In this document: positions 1 to 9,505 of the stretch, piece by piece
How the letters are laid out: each line of letters starts with the position of its first letter
Position numbering within the stretch: position 1 is the stretch's first letter
The notes under the pieces: generated by a model
The model's database searches: none
What the model was told of the DNA's origin: nothing
Seen by the model: the letters and a program-made list of their open reading frames with translations, nothing else
Made by a program: the position numbers and the translations under genes
Source: a virus
Virus record (IMG/VR): IMGVR_UViG_3300021964_007165
Span: 1 to 64,000 of that record
DNA: 64,000 bases
Reading direction: 5' to 3' (one strand)

Positions 1-405
1 TATAAAGCATTGCCAGAAGATCTCAAAGAAGAAATTAAGGATATTCAGATTACACTTGGATATAAGTCGGGTAGTTACAGTCCAAGTAAGTTCTTTATCG
101 AACATCACAGCGAAGATAAACCCTTTAGATTAGTTCATACTAATGATGCAGGTTATACAGGGTTGTATTTTCCTTTCTTGCAAATTTTTGGAATGCCTGG
201 AAAAACAGAAGAACAGTTTAATGATTTAATGGGCAGACTTATTGAACACGTAACACAACCTCAGTTCTGTTATGATCACGAATGGAATGATGGTGATATT
301 GTTATTAGTGAACAATGGCTAAGCATACACAAAAGATGGGCGTTTGATAAAATGGAAGACCGAGTTCTTCATAGGATAGCATTTAATTATGAAAACTTAT
401 TATAA
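1..405 (+). CDS. TauD/TfdA-family 2OG-dependent dioxygenase, C-terminal part (truncated by window edge)
   Basis: HEWNDGDIVI...IHKR...RVLHR matches the TauD C-terminal H-W-x2-GD...H-x-R...R pattern; frame is open to base 1. Confidence 0.7.
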   Translation, partial: YKALPEDLKEEIKDIQITLGYKSGSYSPSKFFIEHHSEDKPFRLVHTNDAGYTGLYFPFLQIFGMPGKTEEQFNDLMGRLIEHVTQPQFCYDHEWNDGDIVISEQWLSIHKRWAFDKMEDRVLHRIAFNYENLL

Positions 406-958
406 ACTTTTAGAATACAGTCCAGACATGGACTTGACAGAGTTTTACAAAGAAGCCGCCGCACAAGGTTATGTAAACAATTCAAATCAAAAAATTATGA
501 TTGATGCGTTTAACAATGAAGAACGTGCTCAGGTATGGATACTATTTAAAGAAGATAAGGCCATAGGTGCAGTTGCCGCACATACATTTCCCGAGATGGG
601 TGAAAACAGTTATCGTATATTAACAAGAACTTGTGCTGTGGGAGGAATGATGCATTCTGCAGGATCAATGGGTAAAATGAAACGCAACGAAGATATTACA
701 TCACGTTTTTATGTACCTAAGATGATTGAATGGTGTGGTAAAGATAGTAATATGTATTGTACCACAAATGATTTAGAAGGTGGTTCACAACGAGCAGTAC
801 ACAGGGTTTGGTTACCAATTATGACTAAGCAAGGACTGTTTACTAAAATTAAAGAAATAGATTATAGGGGTGTAGTACAAACTGTATGGAAATTAAATCC
901 AGATAACTTTTTAGAACACCTTGAAAATAATCCGTGGGAAGATCATGTTTTATTATAA
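389..958 (+). CDS. GNAT-like acyltransferase (putative)
   Basis: VWILFKEDKAIGAVAAH...YRILTRTC resembles the GNAT beta-strand core; overlaps upstream stop. Confidence 0.4.
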   Translation: MKTYYKLLEYSPDMDLTEFYKEAAAQGYVNNSNQKIMIDAFNNEERAQVWILFKEDKAIGAVAAHTFPEMGENSYRILTRTCAVGGMMHSAGSMGKMKRNEDITSRFYVPKMIEWCGKDSNMYCTTNDLEGGSQRAVHRVWLPIMTKQGLFTKIKEIDYRGVVQTVWKLNPDNFLEHLENNPWEDHVLL

Positions 959-1490
959 GCATATTGATATAGATAATAATATTTGTGAAGAAATAAAAAA
1001 ATGGGGTATTGATAATATTCAAGACTGTGATACACCTTTTTTAAAACTTAATTTACAAAAATTTAATGATGAATGTCCTTTATTTTTAGAATGGACTAAA
1101 CAAAACAATATTGAAACAGAATGGGTAGTAGGCATTAAAGTAAATGCTCGGAATGGTCAAGATACAACCAAAGTACCGCACACTGACTTAAGGCCAGAAG
1201 ATAAAAATTTTGCACTTAATTTTCCTGTAGTAAATTGTGAACAAACTTATACTTGTATGTACAAATTACTAAAAGGAAAAGAAATTATAATTAATGATAC
1301 TTCTATTGCAGGCGGAGATGCTGATTATAAAGTTTTTAGTCCGGATAGTACGTTTGAAGAAGTTGCTAAGTTTTATTTGACTCAACCTACATTATTTAAC
1401 ACTAACATACCGCATCAAGTATATAATAAAACTGATGAAGATCGTTTAAGTTTAAGTCTTAGATTTGTAAGTAATCCTAAAGTGGATTAG
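945..1490 (+). CDS. 2OG-Fe(II)/cupin-fold oxygenase-like protein
   Basis: PHTD...IPHQV...RLSLSLRF (HxD...H...RxS); start placed at ATG 945. Confidence 0.6.
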   Translation: MFYYKHIDIDNNICEEIKKWGIDNIQDCDTPFLKLNLQKFNDECPLFLEWTKQNNIETEWVVGIKVNARNGQDTTKVPHTDLRPEDKNFALNFPVVNCEQTYTCMYKLLKGKEIIINDTSIAGGDADYKVFSPDSTFEEVAKFYLTQPTLFNTNIPHQVYNKTDEDRLSLSLRFVSNPKVD

Positions 1491-2794
1491 ACCATAGATA
1501 CCCAAGCACTACCATCGTAGAATACTGGATAAGGTACAGAACCTGCTGAACTTGCAGGATCCCAATCAACTTTGTTAGCAACAGCAATCATACCAATAAT
1601 TGGAGTAGTTGGAGCCGCTGTTTGTGGTTCTAATGTAAGAACACCATTAATGTCTACAGTTGATCTTGCATCACCTCTGTTGACACCAAGTTGACCTGCA
1701 CTATCAAAGATCATTCCTTTGACATCTGGTGCACTGTTAGTTCCTGCGTTTGTATAGAATTCAATCTGACCTGGTGCTTGGTCGTCGGCAATAGTTCCGT
1801 TTGGATCTAATCTAAATGATATACCTGATGAAAATACCTTAGTACCACCACCAAAGTCTGGATCAAAAGCAGTAGCAGTTATATTTGAGATATAATAACC
1901 TGCTGTACCTTTAACTTCGTTGCCTGACAACGAACCATCAATATTTGTAAATCCGCCATAGTATCCATTAAACACCATACCAGATACCTGTGTATCAGTT
2001 GCACCATTTAAGCCGTTAATTCTAATAGCAGTGTTGTAATCTCGATTCCATGCTTGTAAAATTGTACTTGTCGGCTCACTTGGATTACTGATGTTAAATA
2101 ATGCAGTTGTTGATTCAACTGAATCGTTTACAATATTTACAACACCGTTATTCAATAATACTTTTGAATTTACACCATCAACAAGAAGTGTTGAATCATC
2201 GCCAAATACCGAACCTGTTAGATCGGCAGTAATTGATTGAATAGCGCCACCATCGAAATTAATGTCTCCTGGTTTCCAATAACCATTAGCATCATCCCAT
2301 AGCAAGTACTGTCCGTCGGTTGGTGCTTGGAGTCCTGTCATTGCAACGTCGCCAAACAGTCCAACACTCTTACTACCAAGTTGGGCATCTAAATCAAAAG
2401 AATCAAAATTTTCATCGCCTACTACCCAACCACCTTGACTACCGTCCGGATTGTTTAGGGTTGCGTCATACTTAAGAATTTTGCCTGTTACTTTACCTGT
2501 AGTATCAACGTTATTAAGATCGCTTAAATTCTGCACAACCTCTAAAGTTTGTGCGTCCCATTGTGTACCAGTCCATGTAAGTAATTGATTTGTTGCAGGG
2601 TTAATAGAAGGATTTACATCGGTTAAGTTACCAATACTTAGATCTGGATTGATTTGAATACCGCCGGTTGTAACACCGTCACCTACCCATAATTTACCTG
2701 TATCTGTTACAAATATCGGCTCACCTGCCGCTGGGTTAGAGCCTGTTAAAGCCGCTCTTTCCGCCTCTAATCCTCTTCTAATTTTAAGTGCCAT
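1487..2794 (-). CDS. tail fibre / virion structural protein
   Basis: N-terminal KIRRG...AGEPIFVTDTGKLWVGDG (Mtd-N-like), L-x-W-D-G-x-x-W fibre repeats, G/T/D/N-rich; late promoter upstream. Confidence 0.75.
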   Translation of the reverse strand: MALKIRRGLEAERAALTGSNPAAGEPIFVTDTGKLWVGDGVTTGGIQINPDLSIGNLTDVNPSINPATNQLLTWTGTQWDAQTLEVVQNLSDLNNVDTTGKVTGKILKYDATLNNPDGSQGGWVVGDENFDSFDLDAQLGSKSVGLFGDVAMTGLQAPTDGQYLLWDDANGYWKPGDINFDGGAIQSITADLTGSVFGDDSTLLVDGVNSKVLLNNGVVNIVNDSVESTTALFNISNPSEPTSTILQAWNRDYNTAIRINGLNGATDTQVSGMVFNGYYGGFTNIDGSLSGNEVKGTAGYYISNITATAFDPDFGGGTKVFSSGISFRLDPNGTIADDQAPGQIEFYTNAGTNSAPDVKGMIFDSAGQLGVNRGDARSTVDINGVLTLEPQTAAPTTPIIGMIAVANKVDWDPASSAGSVPYPVFYDGSAWVSMV

Positions 2795-2827
2795 ACTTAT
2801 TAACTCCTGAAGTCTTTATGCTATATG

Positions 2828-2834
2828 TATTTAT
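2828..2834 (-). promoter_or_regulatory. T4-late-like promoter core ATAAATA
   Basis: ATAAATA in the intergenic gap about 35 nt upstream of the fibre gene; same motif recurs before many structural genes. Confidence 0.55.
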
Positions 2835-2862
2835 TCTTTTTGACTTCTTTTAATAATATACA

Positions 2863-3180
2863 TTATTTACGTATTTTAGCGTTTTTAAACACTTTTTGCG
2901 TACCTTGTTGTATATCTTTCTTTAAACGTTGACTATCAATAGCAAAGTCAACACTACGTATTTCAGGGCCGTACTGCTCGAAAAGATTCCTAATATCGTT
3001 CTCAAATCTTTTCTGAGAGACAGTTGGACTACAGTCAATAATCCATTTTTTCCTGTTCTTGAATGTTACATTAATAGACTGAAGGTATTCAAGAGGTATA
3101 GTTTTTACTTCTATATTCTTGAATACTTCAGGCCAATGTCTGATAACATCTTCAGGAAGTTTTAGGTTCCTGTGCCCCAT
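2863..3180 (-). CDS. hypothetical protein
   Basis: 105-aa ORF, tightly packed in operon. Confidence 0.6.
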   Translation of the reverse strand: MGHRNLKLPEDVIRHWPEVFKNIEVKTIPLEYLQSINVTFKNRKKWIIDCSPTVSQKRFENDIRNLFEQYGPEIRSVDFAIDSQRLKKDIQQGTQKVFKNAKIRK

Positions 3181-3185
3181 CTAAG

Positions 3186-3791
3186 TTAAGCCTTGGCTTT
3201 TTTCTTAGTAGGTACAAGGTCTTCTGCTTGACGTCTTAATTGTGCCGCTTCTTTGCTTAATCTATCTGCTTGAGAGCGATATGATTTAGCAAGATCTTCA
3301 TCACTAAGGACATCTTGCTGTGTCGCCGCTACAGGTTCATTTGATGGTGTAGTATCACCAGTTTGAACTTTTACTTCATTAGTAGCAGTTGCAACATTTT
3401 GTGTATCTTCTTTAATCGCAAGATCTTCAATTGATACACCTTTTTGTTCAGCAATGATCTTATTAAGTTCGTCTAACTGAATAGAGGTTGTTGTGTCTGG
3501 AGTCATTATGATATCCGACGTAGGAACTTTTTGTAGTTTACCTTGTGCATGAAAACGTGATAACATCACACTACCATCTGATAAACGTGTTCGTGCCATT
3601 GCTTCAGCAAGTTCATATGCACTTTGTCCTGCAGGAGATTCAACCATCTGCATTAGAACATCATGATCTGAATCTGTTAAGTTTTCAGTTGATACTACCA
3701 ATGCACTTGAAGCATCTCCAGGAAGAGTTCTGTATGCTACAGCAACTTTTCTTTTATTTGTTTTTAATCTTCCGATATGTTTAATCGCCAT
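3186..3791 (-). CDS. hypothetical protein (C-terminal coiled coil)
   Basis: 201-aa ORF, start/stop overlap with upstream gene. Confidence 0.7.
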   Translation of the reverse strand: MAIKHIGRLKTNKRKVAVAYRTLPGDASSALVVSTENLTDSDHDVLMQMVESPAGQSAYELAEAMARTRLSDGSVMLSRFHAQGKLQKVPTSDIIMTPDTTTSIQLDELNKIIAEQKGVSIEDLAIKEDTQNVATATNEVKVQTGDTTPSNEPVAATQQDVLSDEDLAKSYRSQADRLSKEAAQLRRQAEDLVPTKKKAKA

Positions 3792-4114
3792 TATTTCGTC
3801 TCCGGTGTAGGCTCACCTGATAAAGCCGCCGATGCGTCAGCGCCACTTACAGGAGCCGCTGATGTTGCTGGTGCATCACCTTGTTTTGCTTTTGCGGCAT
3901 CCGCCTGTTGTTTTTGTACTTGCTGTAAAAAAGAATCTAACTTATTATAAGTTGTACCTACAGCCGCCAATTCGTTTGCTTTAAATGCGCCACGTTGTGT
4001 AGCAACATCAATAACTGTTCTAAGAGTGTTTAGATCTTGAATAGTTAATTCAACATTACCGCCTTCAGCAGGTGCTTGACCCGGAGCCGGTTGTTGTGTT
4101 TTTGTATCAGACAT
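3791..4114 (-). CDS. hypothetical protein
   Basis: 107-aa ORF with AAGGAG RBS. Confidence 0.7.
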   Translation of the reverse strand: MSDTKTQQPAPGQAPAEGGNVELTIQDLNTLRTVIDVATQRGAFKANELAAVGTTYNKLDSFLQQVQKQQADAAKAKQGDAPATSAAPVSGADASAALSGEPTPETK

Positions 4115-4158
4115 ATGTCATTCTCCTTGTTAATTTAGTAATATGCATACTTAATTAC

Positions 4159-4434
4159 TTATTTGTATTTTAAAAGTGGACACGCCAAAGCGAAATATGA
4201 AAGTTCTTTTGGATTTTCAAAACCAATTTTCACTTTGCTCTGGATAGTATTGTGGTCGTCTACATTAACAGATCTTCCAATATAATAACGACTTTTACAA
4301 TTTTTTTCAATCCATGTTACCAAGGATTTGTCCAAATTATATCCTTGATTAAATTCCATATACTCCAGGTGCGGGCCTGGGTATTCTAAACGTCTAATTC
4401 CAAAAAAGTTAAGCGGATTTGGTTTCATCTTCAT
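4159..4434 (-). CDS. hypothetical protein
   Basis: 91-aa ORF overlapping upstream gene end. Confidence 0.6.
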   Translation of the reverse strand: MKMKPNPLNFFGIRRLEYPGPHLEYMEFNQGYNLDKSLVTWIEKNCKSRYYIGRSVNVDDHNTIQSKVKIGFENPKELSYFALACPLLKYK

Positions 4435-5671
4435 AGTGTGTAGTTACTCCAAATGGTGCTTCTAATGTTTTATTATGATGTGAGTGAATAACAAAAATTG
4501 TATCACAATAATCTGCATCACCCCAACTGTCCCAAGTATAACCATCTGTAAACATAATAAATTTCTTAGGAACAATATCATTGTCCTTCATATATCTCCA
4601 ATTAGCATCAAAGTCTGTGCCACCACCGCCAGTTACTTCATATGATAAAATATCATCATTAGCGGCATCAAAATCTTGTTCGTTGTACACTTCTGTATCA
4701 AAACACCATATTTTAATTTTGTAATCTTGATACTGTGCCATAATACCTTGTACTTCGCTTAAAAATATTTGTGCTTGTTTGTTACTAATTGAACCACTCA
4801 TATCAATAGCAATACACAAATCAATAGTATCTTGAAAGTTTAAGCCAGGAAGAATTGCACCAGTATGCCAACCTTTACGTGACGGACGGCTAAATGTAAA
4901 ATCGTTTTTAATTGTTGACTGAATCTGTTGTTGGAGTAGTTCTCTCCAATTCATTTTAGGTTCAGTTAACTCCTTAATCATTCGTTCAATTTCTTTTGGA
5001 AGATTTCCAGCACCTGAACTTTGTGCAGATGAAATCATAGACTCTTTAATCTCATCTCTAATTTTTCGCAATTCGTCCTTAGAGTACGAAGGTGCTCCTT
5101 TGTTTTTGCCTTTTTCTTTTTGGTCACTACCAGATCCTTGACCATCTTTATCCCAGTCAATATGTTCATCAAGAAGTTTACCCAGTTGTTTTAATTCTTC
5201 TTCGTCATACTTCGAATAAATTTCATCATATACTTCTTCAGAAGTCCATCCATCATATTTAAAATCTTGGTAAATCGGAATGTCTTTAGGTTTGTCGCCA
5301 ATTTTATCTCGAACAAGAATATTGTTTACAATATAGTCAGCGGCAATATTATGTACTTGTGGATCACGTTTTTCTCTACGTGTCATATGATCGTATACAC
5401 AATGCAATATTTCGTGTGCAATGACAAACTCAACTTCTTTATTTGTCATTTTAGCAAAAAACGGAACACTATAAAACAAGTGTCTACCATCGGTAGCCGC
5501 AGTAGGACACCAATCACTTGCTTCTTGTACTTTTAGGCGTGTTGCCATATTACCAAAGAACGGATGTCTCATCAACAAACCAACACGAGCAACAATAATT
5601 TTATCTAATACTTCTGCACGAAGTTCGTCTGTTACTTCAATTTCTGGTGTTTCTAATACTTCTGTTGTCAT
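4409..5671 (-). CDS. HExxH metallopeptidase + VWA domain protein (DUF2201-like)
   Basis: TAATDG, HEILH zinc motif, C-terminal MIDAS DMSGS, GGGGTDF, FTDG. Confidence 0.85.
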   Translation of the reverse strand: MTTEVLETPEIEVTDELRAEVLDKIIVARVGLLMRHPFFGNMATRLKVQEASDWCPTAATDGRHLFYSVPFFAKMTNKEVEFVIAHEILHCVYDHMTRREKRDPQVHNIAADYIVNNILVRDKIGDKPKDIPIYQDFKYDGWTSEEVYDEIYSKYDEEELKQLGKLLDEHIDWDKDGQGSGSDQKEKGKNKGAPSYSKDELRKIRDEIKESMISSAQSSGAGNLPKEIERMIKELTEPKMNWRELLQQQIQSTIKNDFTFSRPSRKGWHTGAILPGLNFQDTIDLCIAIDMSGSISNKQAQIFLSEVQGIMAQYQDYKIKIWCFDTEVYNEQDFDAANDDILSYEVTGGGGTDFDANWRYMKDNDIVPKKFIMFTDGYTWDSWGDADYCDTIFVIHSHHNKTLEAPFGVTTHYEDETKSA

Positions 5672-5700
5672 AGTGCCTATTCCTTATTGTTTATACTTAC

Positions 5701-5729
5701 AGTATACAGTATTTAATTAGATTTGTCAA
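5701..5729 (-). promoter_or_regulatory. sigma70-type promoter TTGACA-N17-TATACT
   Basis: near-consensus hexamers with 17-nt spacer upstream of the VWA gene. Confidence 0.75.
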
Positions 5730-5731
5730 CC

Positions 5732-5768
5732 AAAAAAGAATGGGTAGGACACCAAAATGCCCTACCCA
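5732..5768 (-). terminator. rho-independent terminator
   Basis: TGGGTAGGGCA-TTTTGG-TGTCCTACCCA stem followed by TTCTTTTTT just after the AAA gene stop. Confidence 0.8.
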
Positions 5769-5773
5769 AAATG

Positions 5774-6859
5774 TTAAGACGCTTGAGCGGCAGTAACATA
5801 TTTCCCGTAACGTTCATGAAATTCATCAAAACACTTAACTTCATCTGGATCGATTGGAAGTTCGTATTGTGTAAGAGCAAGTTTAATACCCATCACAACA
5901 AGTTCAGTGTCAAAATTATCCATTGCAAACTTTAAAAAGTTATTGACTTTATCATCAAACTTTTTATCGTTTTTATCACAGGCTTCTTTAAGTTCATAGC
6001 AGAGTGAGACAGTTAAGGAATACATGGCACTGATTTCTTTTGTCTTCAACTCTTTTACCTTACCATCTAAAATTTCCGAAGGGTTCGGAAGTTTTGATGC
6101 CATCTTACGATGAGCCATAAACTTTACAGCAAGGCCTTCGCCTACTGCACCACTTACCAAATCGGTAGTGGTATTCTCGTCATCGTCATCCTCAAGTAAT
6201 TCGGATACAAATGACCAAGAACGAGGTGTTGCAAATGAACGACTTGGAGACTTAGGATCAAAGTCATACAAATCTTTCTTTGCAAATGTCAAGTAACCTA
6301 CAACATCAGTGTGGATCTTGTTTTCGGTTGCCCAAGCAAACCAATCATCAAAATCAACTTTAAGTTCTAAGTGTACGAAACGATTAGCCAATGGTGCTGG
6401 CATTCTATAAGTAACGCCTTTGTCTGCGTCACGGTTACCTGCCGCAACAATAAGCACATTGTCAGGCAATACATATTGTCCAACCTTACGGTTAAGAATC
6501 AATTGATAAGCGGCCGCCTGTACTGCTGGCGCCGCAGAATTCATTTCATCAAGAAACAAAATAATTGTTTTATGTTTTTTTGCCATTTCTTGAGTTGGCA
6601 ATTCTTGTGGTGGTGCCCACTTCATTGTATTGTCGTTAGCGGCATAGTATGGAATACCTTTAATATCTGTAGGTTCCCAAAGCGACAAACGAACATCAAT
6701 GACGTGTGCGTCTAATTGTTTACCAATTTGGTGAATGATATCAGATTTACCAATACCCGGTGCACCCCAGATAAAAATTGGACGTTGTTTGTTAAATGCA
6801 CGAAGAATACTTTTCTTCGCATTGTTTGGACTAATTGTCCGAGTTGCTATATTTTCCAT
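5774..6859 (-). CDS. MoxR-like AAA+ ATPase
   Basis: Walker A GAPGIGKS, Walker B LFLDE, AAGN sensor, LANRF arginine finger, TPRSW. Confidence 0.9.
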   Translation of the reverse strand: MENIATRTISPNNAKKSILRAFNKQRPIFIWGAPGIGKSDIIHQIGKQLDAHVIDVRLSLWEPTDIKGIPYYAANDNTMKWAPPQELPTQEMAKKHKTIILFLDEMNSAAPAVQAAAYQLILNRKVGQYVLPDNVLIVAAGNRDADKGVTYRMPAPLANRFVHLELKVDFDDWFAWATENKIHTDVVGYLTFAKKDLYDFDPKSPSRSFATPRSWSFVSELLEDDDDENTTTDLVSGAVGEGLAVKFMAHRKMASKLPNPSEILDGKVKELKTKEISAMYSLTVSLCYELKEACDKNDKKFDDKVNNFLKFAMDNFDTELVVMGIKLALTQYELPIDPDEVKCFDEFHERYGKYVTAAQAS

Positions 6860-6916
6860 ATTGTACTCCTTGTGTTACTATTTTCAGTGCCATACCTAAT
6901 TTCTAAGTATGTATAT

Positions 6917-6945
6917 ATAATACAGTCACAGTACCAAAAGGTCAA
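6917..6945 (-). promoter_or_regulatory. sigma70-type promoter TTGACC-N17-TATTAT with A-rich UP element
   Basis: hexamers, 17-nt spacer and poly-A tracts upstream. Confidence 0.6.
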
Positions 6946-6997
6946 GTGTTTTTTTAATTTTTTTTTGGATTAGGCTTACCAAAATAAGCCAATAAAA

Positions 6998-7393
6998 TCA
7001 AGGAGTTAGTTCTTCGTCAGATCTTTTCAATGCTTTAGTAAGGCCATATTTTTTAACATCACCGCTAAAAAGATGTAATTCAAGTGCTTTCTTTTCATCA
7101 AATACAATAATCATAGACTTAGTTAAGTAGTAAGGACAGGTAATAAAACGATCTAACCAAATTACTGTATTAGTTGTAAGTTCAAAATCTTGTGGAAATG
7201 GTACTTCGTAACTTTGTATATCTAATTTTTCAGTTAAAAATAAGTAACCTGCATCAGTTAATCTCAACCCGCCTGTTTCTTTGGCTCGTGTATTTTGCCA
7301 CCATGCTGACAAATACTGTGTCACAGTTGCTTCTGTTATACTAATGCCTGCTTGTTTTAAAAAGACCTTTGTATATGTCTCTTTCCAGTTCAC
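6998..7393 (-). CDS. hypothetical protein
   Basis: 131-aa ORF in operon. Confidence 0.65.
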   Translation of the reverse strand: MNWKETYTKVFLKQAGISITEATVTQYLSAWWQNTRAKETGGLRLTDAGYLFLTEKLDIQSYEVPFPQDFELTTNTVIWLDRFITCPYYLTKSMIIVFDEKKALELHLFSGDVKKYGLTKALKRSDEELTP

Positions 7394-7863
7394 TATTTGT
7401 TTTCCATCAATGCTACTGCGGCATTGTGATCTTTTTTAGTTACAATACCTTCTCTAAGCAGTTTTTCTCTGTTGGCCATATGCTTCATCTGAATCTCATC
7501 TTTGCTACCGCCAAAGTATGCTACAGCATGACCGTCTTCTATCATCATGTCAGTTAATCTTTTATCACCCAAGATAAAGTCGCCTAAGATACGTCCGAAC
7601 TTTCCTTTTTTATCTTCACCACTTCTATCAATCTCTGTTTTTAATACCTGCATACTTCCTATAGGCATATTATCTTTGACATACTTTTTAGCAGTCAATC
7701 CAAAAAGTTTTTCTACTTTGTCTCTTGTTCTTGATTCTGGGGTGTCGATCCCCATCATTCTAACTCTTTCTTTTCTAAGCCATACTCCAAAACCTAAATC
7801 TATATCAACATCTACTGTGTCGCCATCTACAACACGTAAAATTTTACACTTATACTCGTACAT
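7393..7863 (-). CDS. thermonuclease (SNase-like)
   Basis: RVVDGDT, RVRMMGIDTPE, KFGRILG motifs. Confidence 0.85.
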   Translation of the reverse strand: MYEYKCKILRVVDGDTVDVDIDLGFGVWLRKERVRMMGIDTPESRTRDKVEKLFGLTAKKYVKDNMPIGSMQVLKTEIDRSGEDKKGKFGRILGDFILGDKRLTDMMIEDGHAVAYFGGSKDEIQMKHMANREKLLREGIVTKKDHNAAVALMENK

Positions 7864-7867
7864 TGCT

Positions 7868-8158
7868 TTATCCCTCTTTTACTATTTCGCCCTTGTCTAA
7901 TTTAACAACTACAAACTCTTCTGTGTTGAATAATGTGTTTAATTTTTTAGCAAGATTGTGTGCATGTCCTGGATTAGAAAATGAAACTTTCTTATATTTA
8001 GGTCCAGGAAAACTTGATAGAGAATTTTGAGTTTTTAAGTTAAAAGGCTTTCCTTGATAAAATACTGCCCAGATAGCCTCAGCCGCCAGAATTTGATCTG
8101 ACTTATAAGTCTTTTTGTCAATATACTCTAACAGTATTTTAGGTTTAGGTCTGCTCAT
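7868..8158 (-). CDS. hypothetical protein
   Basis: 96-aa ORF with GAGG RBS; ATAAATA at 8190-8196. Confidence 0.7.
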   Translation of the reverse strand: MSRPKPKILLEYIDKKTYKSDQILAAEAIWAVFYQGKPFNLKTQNSLSSFPGPKYKKVSFSNPGHAHNLAKKLNTLFNTEEFVVVKLDKGEIVKEG

Positions 8159-8264
8159 ATATACGTGTCCTCATAATAAACTACGTATATATTTATCTTT
8201 ATTTCTCAGTAATTGTGATATTAAATGCTGTAATGATCCGCGACCTGCGGCATCTACATTTGCA

Positions 8265-8516
8265 TTATTCTTTGAAACCGCCACCGTCCATTTCGACGTT
8301 GACTACTTCCTGTTCTGCTCTGACAGCATTTTCCTTAACGTACTTTTCTAAATCGCCATAAAGTCTTGCACTTATTTGCCCTAAAGTTAATGCAAGATTT
8401 TTCGCTTGTTGCATAGTAAGTTTAACTTCTTTTGCATTAGAGGACTCAGCAGTTTTTACTTGCTGGATAAAAGTCTCAATTGGTGATGTATTAATTGGAT
8501 CTTTTGTCATCTGCAT
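8265..8516 (-). CDS. hypothetical protein
   Basis: 83-aa ORF in operon. Confidence 0.6.
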   Translation of the reverse strand: MQMTKDPINTSPIETFIQQVKTAESSNAKEVKLTMQQAKNLALTLGQISARLYGDLEKYVKENAVRAEQEVVNVEMDGGGFKE

Positions 8517-8979
8517 TTGCTTTAGATAGTTCTTGACGCATTGTCAGTTCGTCTTTAAATGGACCTTTAGAAACATAGTTTTCAACAGTAACAAGTTTAG
8601 GACAAAAACTTCTTACCCAGCCCTTATCAAATTTGATAATATAGTAACCTGCACAGTACAAACTTTTGCTTTTTTTACTTTTTGTAAATAAAGGTAATTT
8701 ACGTTTTACATCGTACATTGCATTATACGGAACACAAGAAGTTGTAAAACCGTGTACTTCTTTTTCAGGTGTAGTAACAGTTTCAGCATCTTTAATGCCC
8801 CATTCGATGTCAATATCTTTGACTAATAGTTTCTCAGTTTCGTAAAGTTTTGTTTGAGTATTACAGCAATACATATAAGATTTATCTTCTTGCTTTGATA
8901 AAGTTCCTATACGTTCGCCGTCTTCCTCAACAATCCAAAACTTTCCTGCTACGATAGGGTTGGCTTTAATTCTTGTCAT
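8491..8979 (-). CDS. hypothetical protein
   Basis: ORF with GGAGG RBS before ATG 8979. Confidence 0.65.
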   Translation of the reverse strand: MTRIKANPIVAGKFWIVEEDGERIGTLSKQEDKSYMYCCNTQTKLYETEKLLVKDIDIEWGIKDAETVTTPEKEVHGFTTSCVPYNAMYDVKRKLPLFTKSKKSKSLYCAGYYIIKFDKGWVRSFCPKLVTVENYVSKGPFKDELTMRQELSKANADDKRSN

Positions 8980-9505
8980 ATAATCCTCCAAAGGTTTCTG
9001 GTGTTGCAACAGTGGCATTTAAACTTTTATTAGCCGCCAGCGCCGCATATATTCTTGTCCTGCCGTCAATGACGTATTTTTCATTGTCTAATTCTAAAAT
9101 CAATGGTGGGCGACAAGTTCCTAATTCAACTGCTTCAAGTATTGGTTCTAAAGGAAATTCTCGATCCCTGTAATCACGTTTATCACGTTTTTCCATCTCT
9201 TCTATATAAACTTCTTTATACCCTTCTTTGCCACTTATTCTCTTTATGTTTTGTAAAGTATACATATCTTCAGGCATATTATCTAAATTATTTAACTTCA
9301 AAATATCATCTATAGATAGATTTTGGACAGGTACTTTATCTAATAATTTACCAATTTTTGTTACTACATATTCACGTAAATAATCATCTATTGGAACCGG
9401 ACGTCCTAAGTTAACTGGTAGAGATTGTACAAATTCTTTTACTTTTGGCTCTGGACAACCGATTAACTCATAAGCATCTAAAAAATTTTCATCTATTTTT
9501 TCCAT
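8966..9505 (-). CDS. ParB/Srx-like domain protein
   Basis: RPPLILE...YVIDGRTRIYAA resembles the ParB-N (I)DGxxR motif. Confidence 0.55.
   Translation of the reverse strand: MEKIDENFLDAYELIGCPEPKVKEFVQSLPVNLGRPVPIDDYLREYVVTKIGKLLDKVPVQNLSIDDILKLNNLDNMPEDMYTLQNIKRISGKEGYKEVYIEEMEKRDKRDYRDREFPLEPILEAVELGTCRPPLILELDNEKYVIDGRTRIYAALAANKSLNATVATPETFGGLYDKN

Noticed and set aside
1487-2794. Diversity-generating retroelement target (Mtd-like N-terminus)
   Set aside because: No reverse transcriptase and no template/variable repeat pair seen
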